Of a stretch of 64,000 bases of DNA, positions 51,537 to 61,498 are shown one piece after another; the stretch's first letter is position 1; each line of letters begins with the position of its first letter. Location: IMG/VR virus record IMGVR_UViG_3300046167_000798, one strand, 5' to 3'. The notes beneath the pieces are model-generated. The model worked only from the letters and a program-made list of their open reading frames with translations, did no database searches and had not been told where the DNA came from. Source of the DNA: a virus (Duplodnaviria; Caudoviricetes). A program made the position numbers and the translations under genes.

Positions 51537-52478
51537 CCTCCACCAGCTGCTTTATACTTTTTCGGCTGCCCAACCATTAGCGTATGCTGATGGGTAAACA
51601 TCAAATTTTTGTTTTGCTTGAGATTTATAAGAACTCCACTTAGATGGGTTAGTAGGACAATTTTTCTCCATTAGAGTTTCAACCTTTTGACCGAACTCAT
51701 ATAATGCAGTTTCTTGTTCGTTTAAATCTTTTACTTCTTTTATTGTAGTAGTGATAGAACCATCATCGTTTCTCATTGATACTGCTACAGGTTCTTCGTT
51801 TAAAGATTCGTTACATCCTCCTTCGGTTGTTCCATTACATCCACATCCACAATCTTCTTTGGATTCTAAAATACTATCCAATTTTTTACTAACATGAATT
51901 TCTATTCCTTTAGGTTTACTTGATATAATATATTCTTTAGATGTTTCGAACATACTATACCCATTTACTTTAAATTTAGATTTCCTTATAAAAGGACCAA
52001 TTTGTTTTAATAATGAATCGGCAAAAATTTCAGAAGGAGCATCTTCATTTATTGATAATTCTTTAGATTCGTTCATTCCTAAACGTTCTTTCATTTGTTC
52101 TTCTGATATCTCACCAATCTTATAGTATCTTGAAAGGATGTGTCCCATATCTTCATATAATCCACCCATTCTTTGGTCAAGTGCCTTAGCTTCAGAAGCA
52201 ACTTTATCGAATTGTTTACCCAACTTATCCAATTCACTCATGTTTCTTTTAATCGTGTGTTTATCAAACCAATCATCACCTTCGTGAATTGCTAATGTTC
52301 TAGCTGCTTCTGTAATACCACCAAGTGTTTCTGCCACTTGAGTAATATCAGATTTTCTATCCATTGATTCTTGATATTTGTTGTAAGTAGAAACGATTTC
52401 TAAGAAGTGTTTTTTAACTTCTAAAGAAAGAGGTCTCTTTTCTTCTGATTCGTTCATTAGTTGGGTTAATTTAATCAT
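51523..52478 (-). CDS. Predicted head-internal protein
   Basis: MIKLTQLMNE leader and AAGGAG SD. Removing one base at 51563 restores FDVYPSAYANGWAAKKYKAAGGGWK. Confidence 0.7.
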
Positions 52479-52488
52479 TGTACTCTCC

Positions 52489-53652
52489 TTAAAATAATTT
52501 TTTTAATTTTTTATCACCATAAACATCGGCGAAATACCATTTCTTATCTTTCATATTGTATAAATATATGTATTCTGCTCCACCACTTCTATCTGCAGTA
52601 TCTACATATTTACTAAAATCTTTCATATCACCTTTAGTTGGTTTCCCATTTTTGTAATATTCAATTTCTTTATCATCAAAGATTCCTCTTGCTCCACCCA
52701 TCTTGATTAGTTTAAGAACATCTTTATCACTTTTCATGTGATGTTTTAAACCTGGTTTCATATTTGATGGATATCCATCGTAGTGAACGTATGCAGAAAC
52801 AATCTTACCATTTCTACCAATTACACCAACTTGAGAACGAGTTCCTTCATTGATTATTGATTCTGGTAATAAATCTCTTAGATTTGTAGAGGTATTCTCT
52901 AAACTCATTTTCTTATCAAATAAATCTTTTAAATCTGCCCTTACATCAGCACTTCTAACAAAATCTGAACCAGAATCTTCAATATCATCTACAAACATTT
53001 TTGCAGTTTCTAAATCTCTTCCTTTAAGATATGGGAATATATCTGATTCTGCATAATCTCTCATTTCATCGCCATCTAAATCACCAATATTATTTTGAAC
53101 ATCATCTATCTGTGCATCAGAGTATTCATCTCTTACAGGTTCATCTTTCTTAGGTTCTTCTCCTTTAGGTTCTTCTTTTGGAGAATCTAAAGTCATTTTC
53201 TTATCAAATAAATCTTTTAAATCTTTTCTTAAATCAGCACTTCTATCAAAATCATCCCCTGCCGCATCAATATCATCTACATACATTTTTGCAAGTTCCA
53301 AATCTCTTCCTTTAAGATATGGGAATATATCTGATTCTGCATAATCTTGTATTTCATCACCAGGCATATCATCAATATTATTTTGAACATCTTCTATCTG
53401 TGCATCGGTTTGGTCATCCCTTACAGGTTCATCTTTCTTAGGTTCATCTTTCTTAGGTTTATCAAAGATGTTTACTTTAGGAGTATCTTTTTTATCATCA
53501 CCATCTTCTGAATCTTTTATTTTAGAATGAGTTCCAGCCTTTACAGCAGCATCTCTTGCATCTTTTGTTTTGAATACAGCAGTTTCTCCACTCTTTTTAG
53601 ATGTAGCAGTAAACGTTTCTTCTTCTTTTAATAAATCAGTTAATTTAATCAT
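52489..53652 (-). CDS. Predicted head-internal polyprotein: leader, duplicated acidic domain, GTRS/HYDGYP domain
   Basis: MIKLTDLLKE leader; two ~80-aa copies; IINE-GTRSQV..YVHYDGYP. Confidence 0.75.
   Translation of the reverse strand: MIKLTDLLKEEETFTATSKKSGETAVFKTKDARDAAVKAGTHSKIKDSEDGDDKKDTPKVNIFDKPKKDEPKKDEPVRDDQTDAQIEDVQNNIDDMPGDEIQDYAESDIFPYLKGRDLELAKMYVDDIDAAGDDFDRSADLRKDLKDLFDKKMTLDSPKEEPKGEEPKKDEPVRDEYSDAQIDDVQNNIGDLDGDEMRDYAESDIFPYLKGRDLETAKMFVDDIEDSGSDFVRSADVRADLKDLFDKKMSLENTSTNLRDLLPESIINEGTRSQVGVIGRNGKIVSAYVHYDGYPSNMKPGLKHHMKSDKDVLKLIKMGGARGIFDDKEIEYYKNGKPTKGDMKDFSKYVDTADRSGGAEYIYLYNMKDKKWYFADVYGDKKLKKLF
52903..53450 (-). repeat. Direct duplication of about 250 bp
   Basis: EPVRD..DAQI.DVQNNI.D..GDE..DYAESDIFPYLKGRDLE.AKM.VDDI...KKM occurs twice. 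Confidence 0.9.
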
Positions 53653-53837
53653 AATTTCTTTGTCTCCTTTTTGAGTGTATATAAATCAAGTTTACCATCT
53701 TCTGTTAACTTAACATCATAATTTGTTTTTCTTATATCATTGTGACCGCCTTTAAATGGAACACTTGCAACGTTTCTTGTTACTGTTCCTAATTTAATTT
53801 TATTATCACCTAAGTATTTTTTTATATCAAATGCCAT
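53649..53837 (-). CDS. Small hypothetical protein
   Basis: MAFDIKKYL start; overlaps the next gene by ATGA. Confidence 0.7.
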   Translation of the reverse strand: MAFDIKKYLGDNKIKLGTVTRNVASVPFKGGHNDIRKTNYDVKLTEDGKLDLYTLKKETKKL

Positions 53838-53840
53838 AAT

Positions 53841-54434
53841 TTAGTTTAATTCTGTTATAATTTCTCTCATCAAATCTTGTGATTTACACCACTCGTTACA
53901 AACTTCACCTTGTTTAATAAGTTGTTTGTTAACAGATTCATTCATCGGAGTCATAAATGCTCCATGTGTTGATGGATTAGAAACAAAATCCCAACCAATC
54001 AATTCAAAATCTTCACCTACTTGTACTTTACCACCAGATAGAGGTTCTACTGAACCCATACCTCTTGATGATATACCTAAAAGGATTCCTGCTTTAAGTA
54101 GTTCTTTTAAGATGTTACCAGATGGGGTCGGTAAAATCTCAACTGTTCCTACTAAATCATCATTATCCCAATGTATCTCTCTTACGTTATGAGATACGTT
54201 CTTTAGATTGATTACAGAAGAATCTGGATGGTCTAATTCACCAAGTGCTCTTCTTTCTTTAATAAGTGTTTCGTATTTTTTTGCTTCTCTCATCAAAATT
54301 TCTTTAGGATATATCCTTCCATTTTGATTTTCAGCACCTGCTCTTTGTAAAATACCCTTAACGATAGTTCTTCCACTCTCGTCCTCGTTTACTCTACCTT
54401 CGAATAGGTTTGTTTCTATTAATAAATTTGCCAT
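53841..54434 (-). CDS. gp21: Prohead core protease (T4 gp21-like)
   Basis: GILQRAGAENQNGRIYP, ALGELDHP, NVSHNV, LGISSRGMGS, DFVSNPSTHGA. Start at 54434 (TAATG). Confidence 0.93.
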   Translation of the reverse strand: MANLLIETNLFEGRVNEDESGRTIVKGILQRAGAENQNGRIYPKEILMREAKKYETLIKERRALGELDHPDSSVINLKNVSHNVREIHWDNDDLVGTVEILPTPSGNILKELLKAGILLGISSRGMGSVEPLSGGKVQVGEDFELIGWDFVSNPSTHGAFMTPMNESVNKQLIKQGEVCNEWCKSQDLMREIITELN

Positions 54435-54622
54435 TATGCTCCCCAACTTTTACGTTTTTTAAACAAATCAAAAAAGATTGCCGATACCTCTTGTCTGATG
54501 ATTTTTCTAATTTCATCTCTATCAGACTCATTGAGTTCCTCAGTAACTAAAAAATGGTTTACACCAAATTTAGCATTTGAGATTTCCTCATTGATGATAT
54601 CGAACAATTCACTTTTCTTCAT
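54434..54622 (-). CDS. Small prohead-region protein
   Basis: IINEE/LNES sites; IRQEVSAIFFDLFKKR motif; translationally coupled to the protease gene. Confidence 0.7.
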   Translation of the reverse strand: MKKSELFDIINEEISNAKFGVNHFLVTEELNESDRDEIRKIIRQEVSAIFFDLFKKRKSWGA

Positions 54623-54623
54623 C

Positions 54624-55058
54624 TTATTTTATCTTACCACTTCTTTCGAGTTCTTTTGCTGCACCGATTACATAACCCAATGCAGTTTTAAGGTCTCTAT
54701 TCATATATTTAGCAATCTTTTTGACTGCCATCATTACAATTCTTTTTTCTTCAGTAGAGTATCCTTCGTTTACCGACTCATCTTTTTTTTTTCCGTCTTT
54801 TTTCTCTATTGCCTTTTGAAGTGCCGGTGGTAATTTTTTCTGAGCATCTGTTAATTCAGAAACTTGTTCTTTTTTTGCTCCTCTACCTTTCCAAGTTTTT
54901 TCAATCTTGTTAAAGAATGCCTTCTTTTCTTCATCAGACATAGAAGGAATAGATTTACCTGCTTTTTCTAAGGCTCTTTTGAAAAATTCTTGATATTCAG
55001 ATTCTTCAATCATAGCTTCTCTAACTATGTTTTTTAAATGTTCTCTTGTTATTTTCAT
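54624..55058 (-). CDS. Predicted head-internal protein
   Basis: EYQEFFKRALEKAG..EEKKAFFNKI motif; ESVNE site; AGGAG SD. Confidence 0.7.
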   Translation of the reverse strand: MKITREHLKNIVREAMIEESEYQEFFKRALEKAGKSIPSMSDEEKKAFFNKIEKTWKGRGAKKEQVSELTDAQKKLPPALQKAIEKKDGKKKDESVNEGYSTEEKRIVMMAVKKIAKYMNRDLKTALGYVIGAAKELERSGKIK

Positions 55059-56101
55059 TTTTCTATCTCCTGTATAGTTCGAGCGATATTTATCAATCTC
55101 TCCTTTATCTTATAAATATGTTTATTTGTTCTTTTCCAATACTGATTGGAATCTAACTCATTCATTGTTTTAATTTTATTATACCAATTAAAAAACTTTT
55201 GAGTTTCTGCTAACTGATATTTTAATTCCTTTAAACCCATTGCCATCTTTTTATGAGGATGCATTGTTTCATCGTTTTTTAATTCTAACCAACGATTAAC
55301 TGGTCTCTTTACTTTAGCTTCGTTTATCGATTCTTTTAATCGATTCATTTTTTTATCAGTTACGAAATATGCAGAACCACCACCTGGAATTCCTTTTTCC
55401 ATATCTTGTAATCTCTTTACTTCTTTTTCAGCATCTTTAAATGTTCTGAATTCTTTTGGTGGTAATTTTTTATCTCTTTTTAAATCATATCCACCAACTA
55501 AAGATTTACCTCTTCCTCTACCTTTATTACGAGTAATATAGTATTTTGCTTCGTTTACTGATTCGTTAACTTTCTTTACGTGCTGAACAATCTTCTTAGC
55601 AAATGCAGGAGAAGTGATTTTAGCTATCTGAATAATAGTTTCTCTTCCATTAGGTCTGATACTCTTTACACTACCTCCACCTTTCATATCAGGAAACTTA
55701 CCATCCATTGAGTACCCATAATCTTTTATTGCAATAAGGTTACTACCTTTATCAAACATAAATTTGTAAGAACTTATTCTTGAACTATAAGAAATTCGTA
55801 TAGTTACTTCAAATTCACCTTCTTTATTTTTTTTATCAGAACCGATAACCATTCCGAATGATTCACCAGTTTTGTTGTTTCTACCTTTGATAGAAGCTTC
55901 ATCCATTTTACCAACTATTTTCATACCAAATTGAGTTGAAATCTTTTTCTTACGTTTTTTATCTTTAGCACCACCATCAGAAAATGCACCAGGTACATTA
56001 TACCCAGCTACATTGCCTGTTGCAGTTGCCTCATCCAATTCTTTTTCAACTTCTTGGATAAGTTCTTCTAAAAATTTATTAAGATTTTGTTCTATTGACA
56101 T
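55055..56101 (-). CDS. Predicted head-internal polyprotein
   Basis: LDE-ATATGNVAGYNVPGAF; modules bounded by MDE, ESVNE and ESINE. Confidence 0.7.
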   Translation of the reverse strand: MSIEQNLNKFLEELIQEVEKELDEATATGNVAGYNVPGAFSDGGAKDKKRKKKISTQFGMKIVGKMDEASIKGRNNKTGESFGMVIGSDKKNKEGEFEVTIRISYSSRISSYKFMFDKGSNLIAIKDYGYSMDGKFPDMKGGGSVKSIRPNGRETIIQIAKITSPAFAKKIVQHVKKVNESVNEAKYYITRNKGRGRGKSLVGGYDLKRDKKLPPKEFRTFKDAEKEVKRLQDMEKGIPGGGSAYFVTDKKMNRLKESINEAKVKRPVNRWLELKNDETMHPHKKMAMGLKELKYQLAETQKFFNWYNKIKTMNELDSNQYWKRTNKHIYKIKERLINIARTIQEIEK

Positions 56102-56951
56102 TTTTTATCTCCTTAACCAATTCATAAGACATCATTAAAGCCGAAACTTGGTCATCGGTAACTTTTTTACCAATTTTCTGTTTTTTCAAAACATTAATAG
56201 TTTCTTTCAACTTTATTTTTGTAATCTTATCTTTCATACTCTTATACATTGAATGTAATTCAGTAATAGTTTTGATTAATTCTGATTCAAAATATTCGTT
56301 GAACTTGGATGTGTTAGTAACATTATTAATATACTCTCTTAACAATCCTTTTTGTGATTTATCTAAAGTAGTATATTTTTTATTAAAAGTTTCAACAAGA
56401 ATCTTGTATGTCAATAACCTGAGGTCTTTCTCTTGTTTTCTATATTCTTCTACTAATTTATCTTGTTTAAGAACTTTAGAATCTTGGGAAATAGATGAAA
56501 TGTGCTCTACAATAGTAATTTTCGAATCGAATATATCCTTGACATCAAGAATATCATTCTTTTTACCTTCAAAAAGTTTATGAATTGAAGCTAAAATTTT
56601 ATAGTTTGTTACCGGGGAAGATAAAAAATTATTAATTTCAAAATTTTCTTTGATTGATTTTACAAGATTATATTTTTCTCGTTGAAGTTTTTTATAATTA
56701 ATTCTAGTATGTGCTTCTAATATAGCATCAATAAATTTTTCTGCTTTAGATTCACTATTATACTTTTCATTTATTAAAAGGTTAAATAATCTAAGTTCCT
56801 TAGACATTTCAGTACCTTTACCGTAGAATTCTCTGATTATTTCTTTTGACTTTTCTTCACTACCATTTAGTATTTCAACAGTAATCTGCCTTGTTAAAAG
56901 TTCAAAAAGGAAACCAGTATTCTTAAATTTTGAATGTTTTATTTTTTTCAT
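56079..56951 (-). CDS. Conserved prohead-region protein
   Basis: MKKIKHSKFKNTGFLFELLTRQIT; directly after the portal gene; late-promoter motif at 56992. Confidence 0.75.
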   Translation of the reverse strand: MKKIKHSKFKNTGFLFELLTRQITVEILNGSEEKSKEIIREFYGKGTEMSKELRLFNLLINEKYNSESKAEKFIDAILEAHTRINYKKLQREKYNLVKSIKENFEINNFLSSPVTNYKILASIHKLFEGKKNDILDVKDIFDSKITIVEHISSISQDSKVLKQDKLVEEYRKQEKDLRLLTYKILVETFNKKYTTLDKSQKGLLREYINNVTNTSKFNEYFESELIKTITELHSMYKSMKDKITKIKLKETINVLKKQKIGKKVTDDQVSALMMSYELVKEIKNVNRTKS

Positions 56952-57027
56952 CTTATTTTTTTCCTATTATGATATAGTAAAATTTCCCTACTATAAATAT
57001 AAATTTATAAAGTTAACAGAAATTTCT

Positions 57028-58752
57028 CTACTCTTCAAGTATATTATCTTCATCTAACATACCTTTAATCTCATTTAAATATTTACGTTTTGATGCTATA
57101 CCTGATATCATTTTTATTGCTTTTTCTTCAGAAGTTCTTGAACGTTTTTTGTTTTTTTCCTTCTTTCCCAAAGGGTCTCTACCTAATGGATGTTTATCTT
57201 TCCCATAAGTACCACCTTCACGAGGCCTTCCACCCTTATTTTTTATTTCTTGTTTCAATGCTTCTATTGATTCTTCAATATCATCAGGTTCTTCATCTTC
57301 CATTGCAGGGTCATTACCCTCATCTTCAATAGAACGGAATCTAAATCTATCTTTTAAATCATCTAACATCATTACTCTTTGTTCATCAGATTCTCCTTCA
57401 GATAATTTAAATATATTTTCATATACCCAATCTTTAGATAACATATTTAATCCTTGAATATCTTGAGCCAATCTAATTTTTTCACTCCACAAGTTTACTT
57501 TCTCTTGTTCATAAATTGTAGATGGATTTACTAATTGTAATTCAAAGTTAGTCATTTCTGAATCTGTTATCCCTTGTGCATATAAATGAACAATGGCAAT
57601 TTTAGATAATTCTGAAATTACTGTTCTTTGGATTCTTTCAATTGTTCTTGCAAATCTTACATCTTCAGCAGCAAGTGTTGCTTTACCATTTACATTTTCT
57701 TCATATCCTAAATAAGCTCTTGGAATTTTTAATGCTGCAAATAATTTATTTTTTAAGTAATCAATATCTTCAATAGTTGCATACTCTAATCCTGAAAGAT
57801 TATCGATTTGTGTACCACTATCACCACCACGAACAGGAAGATAGAAATCTTCTGTTAGGTTTTGCATATTATACTTTAAGTTGTAATCACCAGTATTTCT
57901 ATCGATGAAAGGAACTTTCTTCATCTTGTTGATGATTCTCTGCATATAGTTATCCACTTCTGTTGGTGGGATGTTACCAATATCAATTTTGAAAACTCTT
58001 TTTTCAGGTGCTCTCATGATTCTATGGATTAACATAGCATCTTCCATTAGAGATAATTGTTTCCACAATCTTCGTCCATTCTCAATCATAGATTTACCAT
58101 ATGGTAACCAGTTAGTATCTGCTAACAACCTAAAGTGAGCGATTTCAAAGTTTTCGTATTCTTCTTTTCCATTCGGGTCTTCAGTAATTTTAAACTTTAC
58201 TGAATTTGGATTTGATGGGTCTGTTCTTTCTAATCTTTCTGTATTATAAACTGAATGAGGAGTAACATTTACGATACCTTTTCCTTCTGCAACTTCTAAA
58301 CCTAAAAAGAAATCTCCATACTTACACATATTTCTAGTCCATGGCCATAAGTTGAATTCTATATTAAGAACATCATAAAATAAGTTTACTAATATATCTT
58401 GAACTCGTTCATTATCAGAATGAATCATAAGAGTATCACCAAATTCGTTCTTTAGTGTTGATTCATCTGCATATATATCAAGAGCCGATGCAAGTATTGG
58501 GTCGTTATCCATCGCATCGTAATCTCTAAAAACTTCTCTACGAACTTGTTGGTATGCCATTGATTGAGCACCACCTGCTTGTTCAAAGAAACTTTTTTGT
58601 AGTTTCGTATATCTATCTCTTAGAGAAGATAAATTTGTTTGTTGTCTTTCATCGGTATCAACAACTTTTCTCTTACCATCTTTGTCAACAGTAACAACTG
58701 CTTGAGCTCTGAAGAGTTTCGTTAATCTACCAAAAAATGAAGTATCTGCCAT
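57028..58752 (-). CDS. gp20: Portal protein (T4 gp20-like)
   Basis: YDAMDNDPILASALDIYADE, LMEDAMLIHRIMRAPEKRVFKIDIGN, EDFYLPVRGG, LFAALKIP, EDVRFARTIERIQ. Confidence 0.95.
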   Translation of the reverse strand: MADTSFFGRLTKLFRAQAVVTVDKDGKRKVVDTDERQQTNLSSLRDRYTKLQKSFFEQAGGAQSMAYQQVRREVFRDYDAMDNDPILASALDIYADESTLKNEFGDTLMIHSDNERVQDILVNLFYDVLNIEFNLWPWTRNMCKYGDFFLGLEVAEGKGIVNVTPHSVYNTERLERTDPSNPNSVKFKITEDPNGKEEYENFEIAHFRLLADTNWLPYGKSMIENGRRLWKQLSLMEDAMLIHRIMRAPEKRVFKIDIGNIPPTEVDNYMQRIINKMKKVPFIDRNTGDYNLKYNMQNLTEDFYLPVRGGDSGTQIDNLSGLEYATIEDIDYLKNKLFAALKIPRAYLGYEENVNGKATLAAEDVRFARTIERIQRTVISELSKIAIVHLYAQGITDSEMTNFELQLVNPSTIYEQEKVNLWSEKIRLAQDIQGLNMLSKDWVYENIFKLSEGESDEQRVMMLDDLKDRFRFRSIEDEGNDPAMEDEEPDDIEESIEALKQEIKNKGGRPREGGTYGKDKHPLGRDPLGKKEKNKKRSRTSEEKAIKMISGIASKRKYLNEIKGMLDEDNILEE

Positions 58753-58793
58753 TTTGTTCCTAATTTAAATTATAACCTTTATTTGTTTTTGTT

Positions 58794-59183
58794 TTACCAT
58801 TTTCTACAAGACCAATACCTTGCTTTGTGTCTTGGTCCTGGTGAATCACAATTATGTCTAGCTCTAAATGCTTTTCTTGCATCTGGATTATTCTTTCGAA
58901 TAGACATTGTTTTTTCTCCTGATTTCTTTGCTGAACTTCCTCCATGTCCAAAGTTAACTTTTACAACGTTACCTTGTGGGTTTTTGACATATACCTTAAA
59001 TTTTTTAACATCACCTTGCATTGGTTTTCCAAGTTTAACTGTTCTACCTTGATACTCAGCTTCATTCATATCAGATTTGTATTCTTTCATGAACTCACAG
59101 AATTCTTTTATATCGTGATAATTTTCCACAGTATATTCTTCTGTGTATATTTCTTCGTTAAGTAAATTTTTTAATGATATCAT
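58794..59183 (-). CDS. Basic predicted head-internal protein
   Basis: MISLKNLLNE leader; AEYQGRTVKLGKP..KKFKVYV..VKVNFG..RARHNC..ARYWSC motif; AAGGAG SD. Confidence 0.75.
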   Translation of the reverse strand: MISLKNLLNEEIYTEEYTVENYHDIKEFCEFMKEYKSDMNEAEYQGRTVKLGKPMQGDVKKFKVYVKNPQGNVVKVNFGHGGSSAKKSGEKTMSIRKNNPDARKAFRARHNCDSPGPRHKARYWSCRKW

Positions 59184-59214
59184 AGTTATTTCTCCTTATA
59201 TTATAAATATACAA

Positions 59215-60807
59215 TTATTTAATTAACCAAGTTAGGTCTTCATTACTATCTCCAACTCTCATTTTCCAAGGGTCATCTTCCATTGAAGAGTTACCTCCAA
59301 ATCCCATTCCACTAATATCTAAAGAGTGTGCTCCAATACCACCTAATGCTTGTTTTGTTAAATCAATTCCTTCTTGTCTTAATCTTAATGCAGTATCTCT
59401 AACCCATAATCCGATTGATAATGACATTGTTAAATCATCATTATAACCTCTCATAGCTTCAGCTCTGTTTCCACTCCATATAAATGTAAATAATTCATCT
59501 ATTGTTCTTTGTGAACGAATCGTTACTGATTTTTCTCTAATATATTGTTCCAACTTTGATATAATCAAAGGTCGTGTTTTGGAAGTTGTACTAAATCCTG
59601 CCGTTAATCCTCTATCTTGTGCTCTATATTTGTTTGTTAATTGATTTTCTACATCTACATACTTTAAATCCTTACTCATGTAGAAAAGATTCCCATATCC
59701 TCTATCAATTACTTGTTGTATTACTGCCCAACCAATATTTGCGTTCTCAATAACAAGTAATGCATTATTATATTCAGTTGAAAGTGATACAAGGAAGTTT
59801 CCAAAATCTTTTGTATCTAATTTACCTTTATATTCGGCAACTTGAGATGATTCTTCTATATCAATAACATGACATGCAGAATAATCCGAGGAATCTCCAC
59901 GAGCAACATCCGCTACAACCATATAAGCTTTATTATAGTTTGGATATTCCCATTTCCAAAGGTTTCCATCGAATCCTGTTTTCTCCATTGGTTCTTGTAC
60001 ATAAGATTCTTTATAAAACAAAAGGAGTTGTGGGTCTATCACAGTATCACCAGAAGAAACAAAATCACAATCACATTCTTGTGCCGCTCCTTTTGGTCCT
60101 AATAGTACCTCTTGTTCATCTCTCCAATTTTGGTCTCTTTCAGGATGAACACTCCAATGTAATCTAATTGAGTTAAATGTATTTGTTTGTTCTTCAGAAC
60201 CAACCCAAGTTTTGTGAAAGAAATTTCCGACACCATTTGGTGTTGAAAGGATAATCGCATTACCACCAGTCGATAGTGTTGATTGTGCTGATACCCAAAT
60301 ATCTTCAATCTTATCAATAAATGCCGCCTCATCAAATACTAATAGGGATAGTGCTTCAGAACGACCAGCATCTCCAGCGGCTGATGTTGCTTTTATCTGA
60401 GAACCATTCGAGTATCTCAGAGATAACTTATTATCCTCTACTGTTGTTTGTTTTAACCACGATGGTAAGTACTGATTCATTACACGAACCTTCGTTACAA
60501 GGTTCTTAGCAACCTCTTGTTTAGTTGCAATTACTAATACATTAAAATCTTGATTGAATAACATTTTCCAAAGTGAAAATCCCGCAGTTAAGGTAGAGAT
60601 ACCTGTTTGTCGAGATTTAAGGATAATATTGTATCTGTGTTCTGCAAATTGGTCTAATGTTCTTTCTTGAAATTGATATAAATGAAAAGGTATCTTACCA
60701 CGCACAGGATGTTGAATCATACAATATTTTTTCATAAAGTAGATTGGGTCTCCAGCACATTTCTGATACTCAAGTTTTATAATATCTTTTAAAGATTGTT
60801 TAGCCAT
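59215..60807 (-). CDS. gp17: Terminase large subunit (T4 gp17-like)
   Basis: Walker A LKSRQTGIST, Walker B LLVFDEAAF, STPNG, nuclease VADVARG and DDLTMS. Confidence 0.95.
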   Translation of the reverse strand: MAKQSLKDIIKLEYQKCAGDPIYFMKKYCMIQHPVRGKIPFHLYQFQERTLDQFAEHRYNIILKSRQTGISTLTAGFSLWKMLFNQDFNVLVIATKQEVAKNLVTKVRVMNQYLPSWLKQTTVEDNKLSLRYSNGSQIKATSAAGDAGRSEALSLLVFDEAAFIDKIEDIWVSAQSTLSTGGNAIILSTPNGVGNFFHKTWVGSEEQTNTFNSIRLHWSVHPERDQNWRDEQEVLLGPKGAAQECDCDFVSSGDTVIDPQLLLFYKESYVQEPMEKTGFDGNLWKWEYPNYNKAYMVVADVARGDSSDYSACHVIDIEESSQVAEYKGKLDTKDFGNFLVSLSTEYNNALLVIENANIGWAVIQQVIDRGYGNLFYMSKDLKYVDVENQLTNKYRAQDRGLTAGFSTTSKTRPLIISKLEQYIREKSVTIRSQRTIDELFTFIWSGNRAEAMRGYNDDLTMSLSIGLWVRDTALRLRQEGIDLTKQALGGIGAHSLDISGMGFGGNSSMEDDPWKMRVGDSNEDLTWLIK

Positions 60808-60808
60808 T

Positions 60809-61498
60809 CTATTTTTTTCCTAGTTTCCAATACATAGAACCACCAACAAATGGTTTATACTCACCAAGTTGATTTGATATACCAATATTTAAACCGTAAA
60901 TATTTTGTTTTTTGTTTTTAAATAAAACATTACCACTAAGATTATTTAATCCATTGGTTTGGTCTATTCCTGTTCCGAATCCAATATAAAATTCATTTTT
61001 TGGTAACTCTTTTACTATTGTAGTATTATAAACTGTTGGAATTTTAAAGAACCAATCGATTTCTCTTGATTCAATTCTGTTTTGTGAAATAATATCGGTT
61101 AGAATACCAAATCCCAAATCTCCACTTGGTTTGTTACCTACTGAATCAGTAACTACATCAGGAAAATCATATGCAAGATTCAATGTATCTTTAACTGTTA
61201 CCTTTGAGAAGTAATCTTTAATAATTGCAAGTGAATCTACATCAACTGGTATCTCTACTTCTTTAATTACTTCTTTTGTAATATACTTCGGTACATACTT
61301 TGTTACTTTAACTTCTTTTTCTACATATATCGTATCAGTTTTTGATTCTAATAACTCATATTGTTCTCCATCTACTTCTACAAGAGTCTTATCTCCATAA
61401 TCTTCCCCACAACCTCTTAAAAATAAAATAATTCCTAATAAAAGAAGGATTACTACTTCCCTCCATCGTTTAATTAATAAACTAAATATAATGCTCAT
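60809..61498 (-). CDS. Membrane-anchored protein, possibly spanin-like lysis accessory
   Basis: N-terminal hydrophobic helix ending LRGC; DTIY..K.V repeats; beta-rich C-terminus. Confidence 0.45.
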   Translation of the reverse strand: MSIIFSLLIKRWREVVILLLLGIILFLRGCGEDYGDKTLVEVDGEQYELLESKTDTIYVEKEVKVTKYVPKYITKEVIKEVEIPVDVDSLAIIKDYFSKVTVKDTLNLAYDFPDVVTDSVGNKPSGDLGFGILTDIISQNRIESREIDWFFKIPTVYNTTIVKELPKNEFYIGFGTGIDQTNGLNNLSGNVLFKNKKQNIYGLNIGISNQLGEYKPFVGGSMYWKLGKK

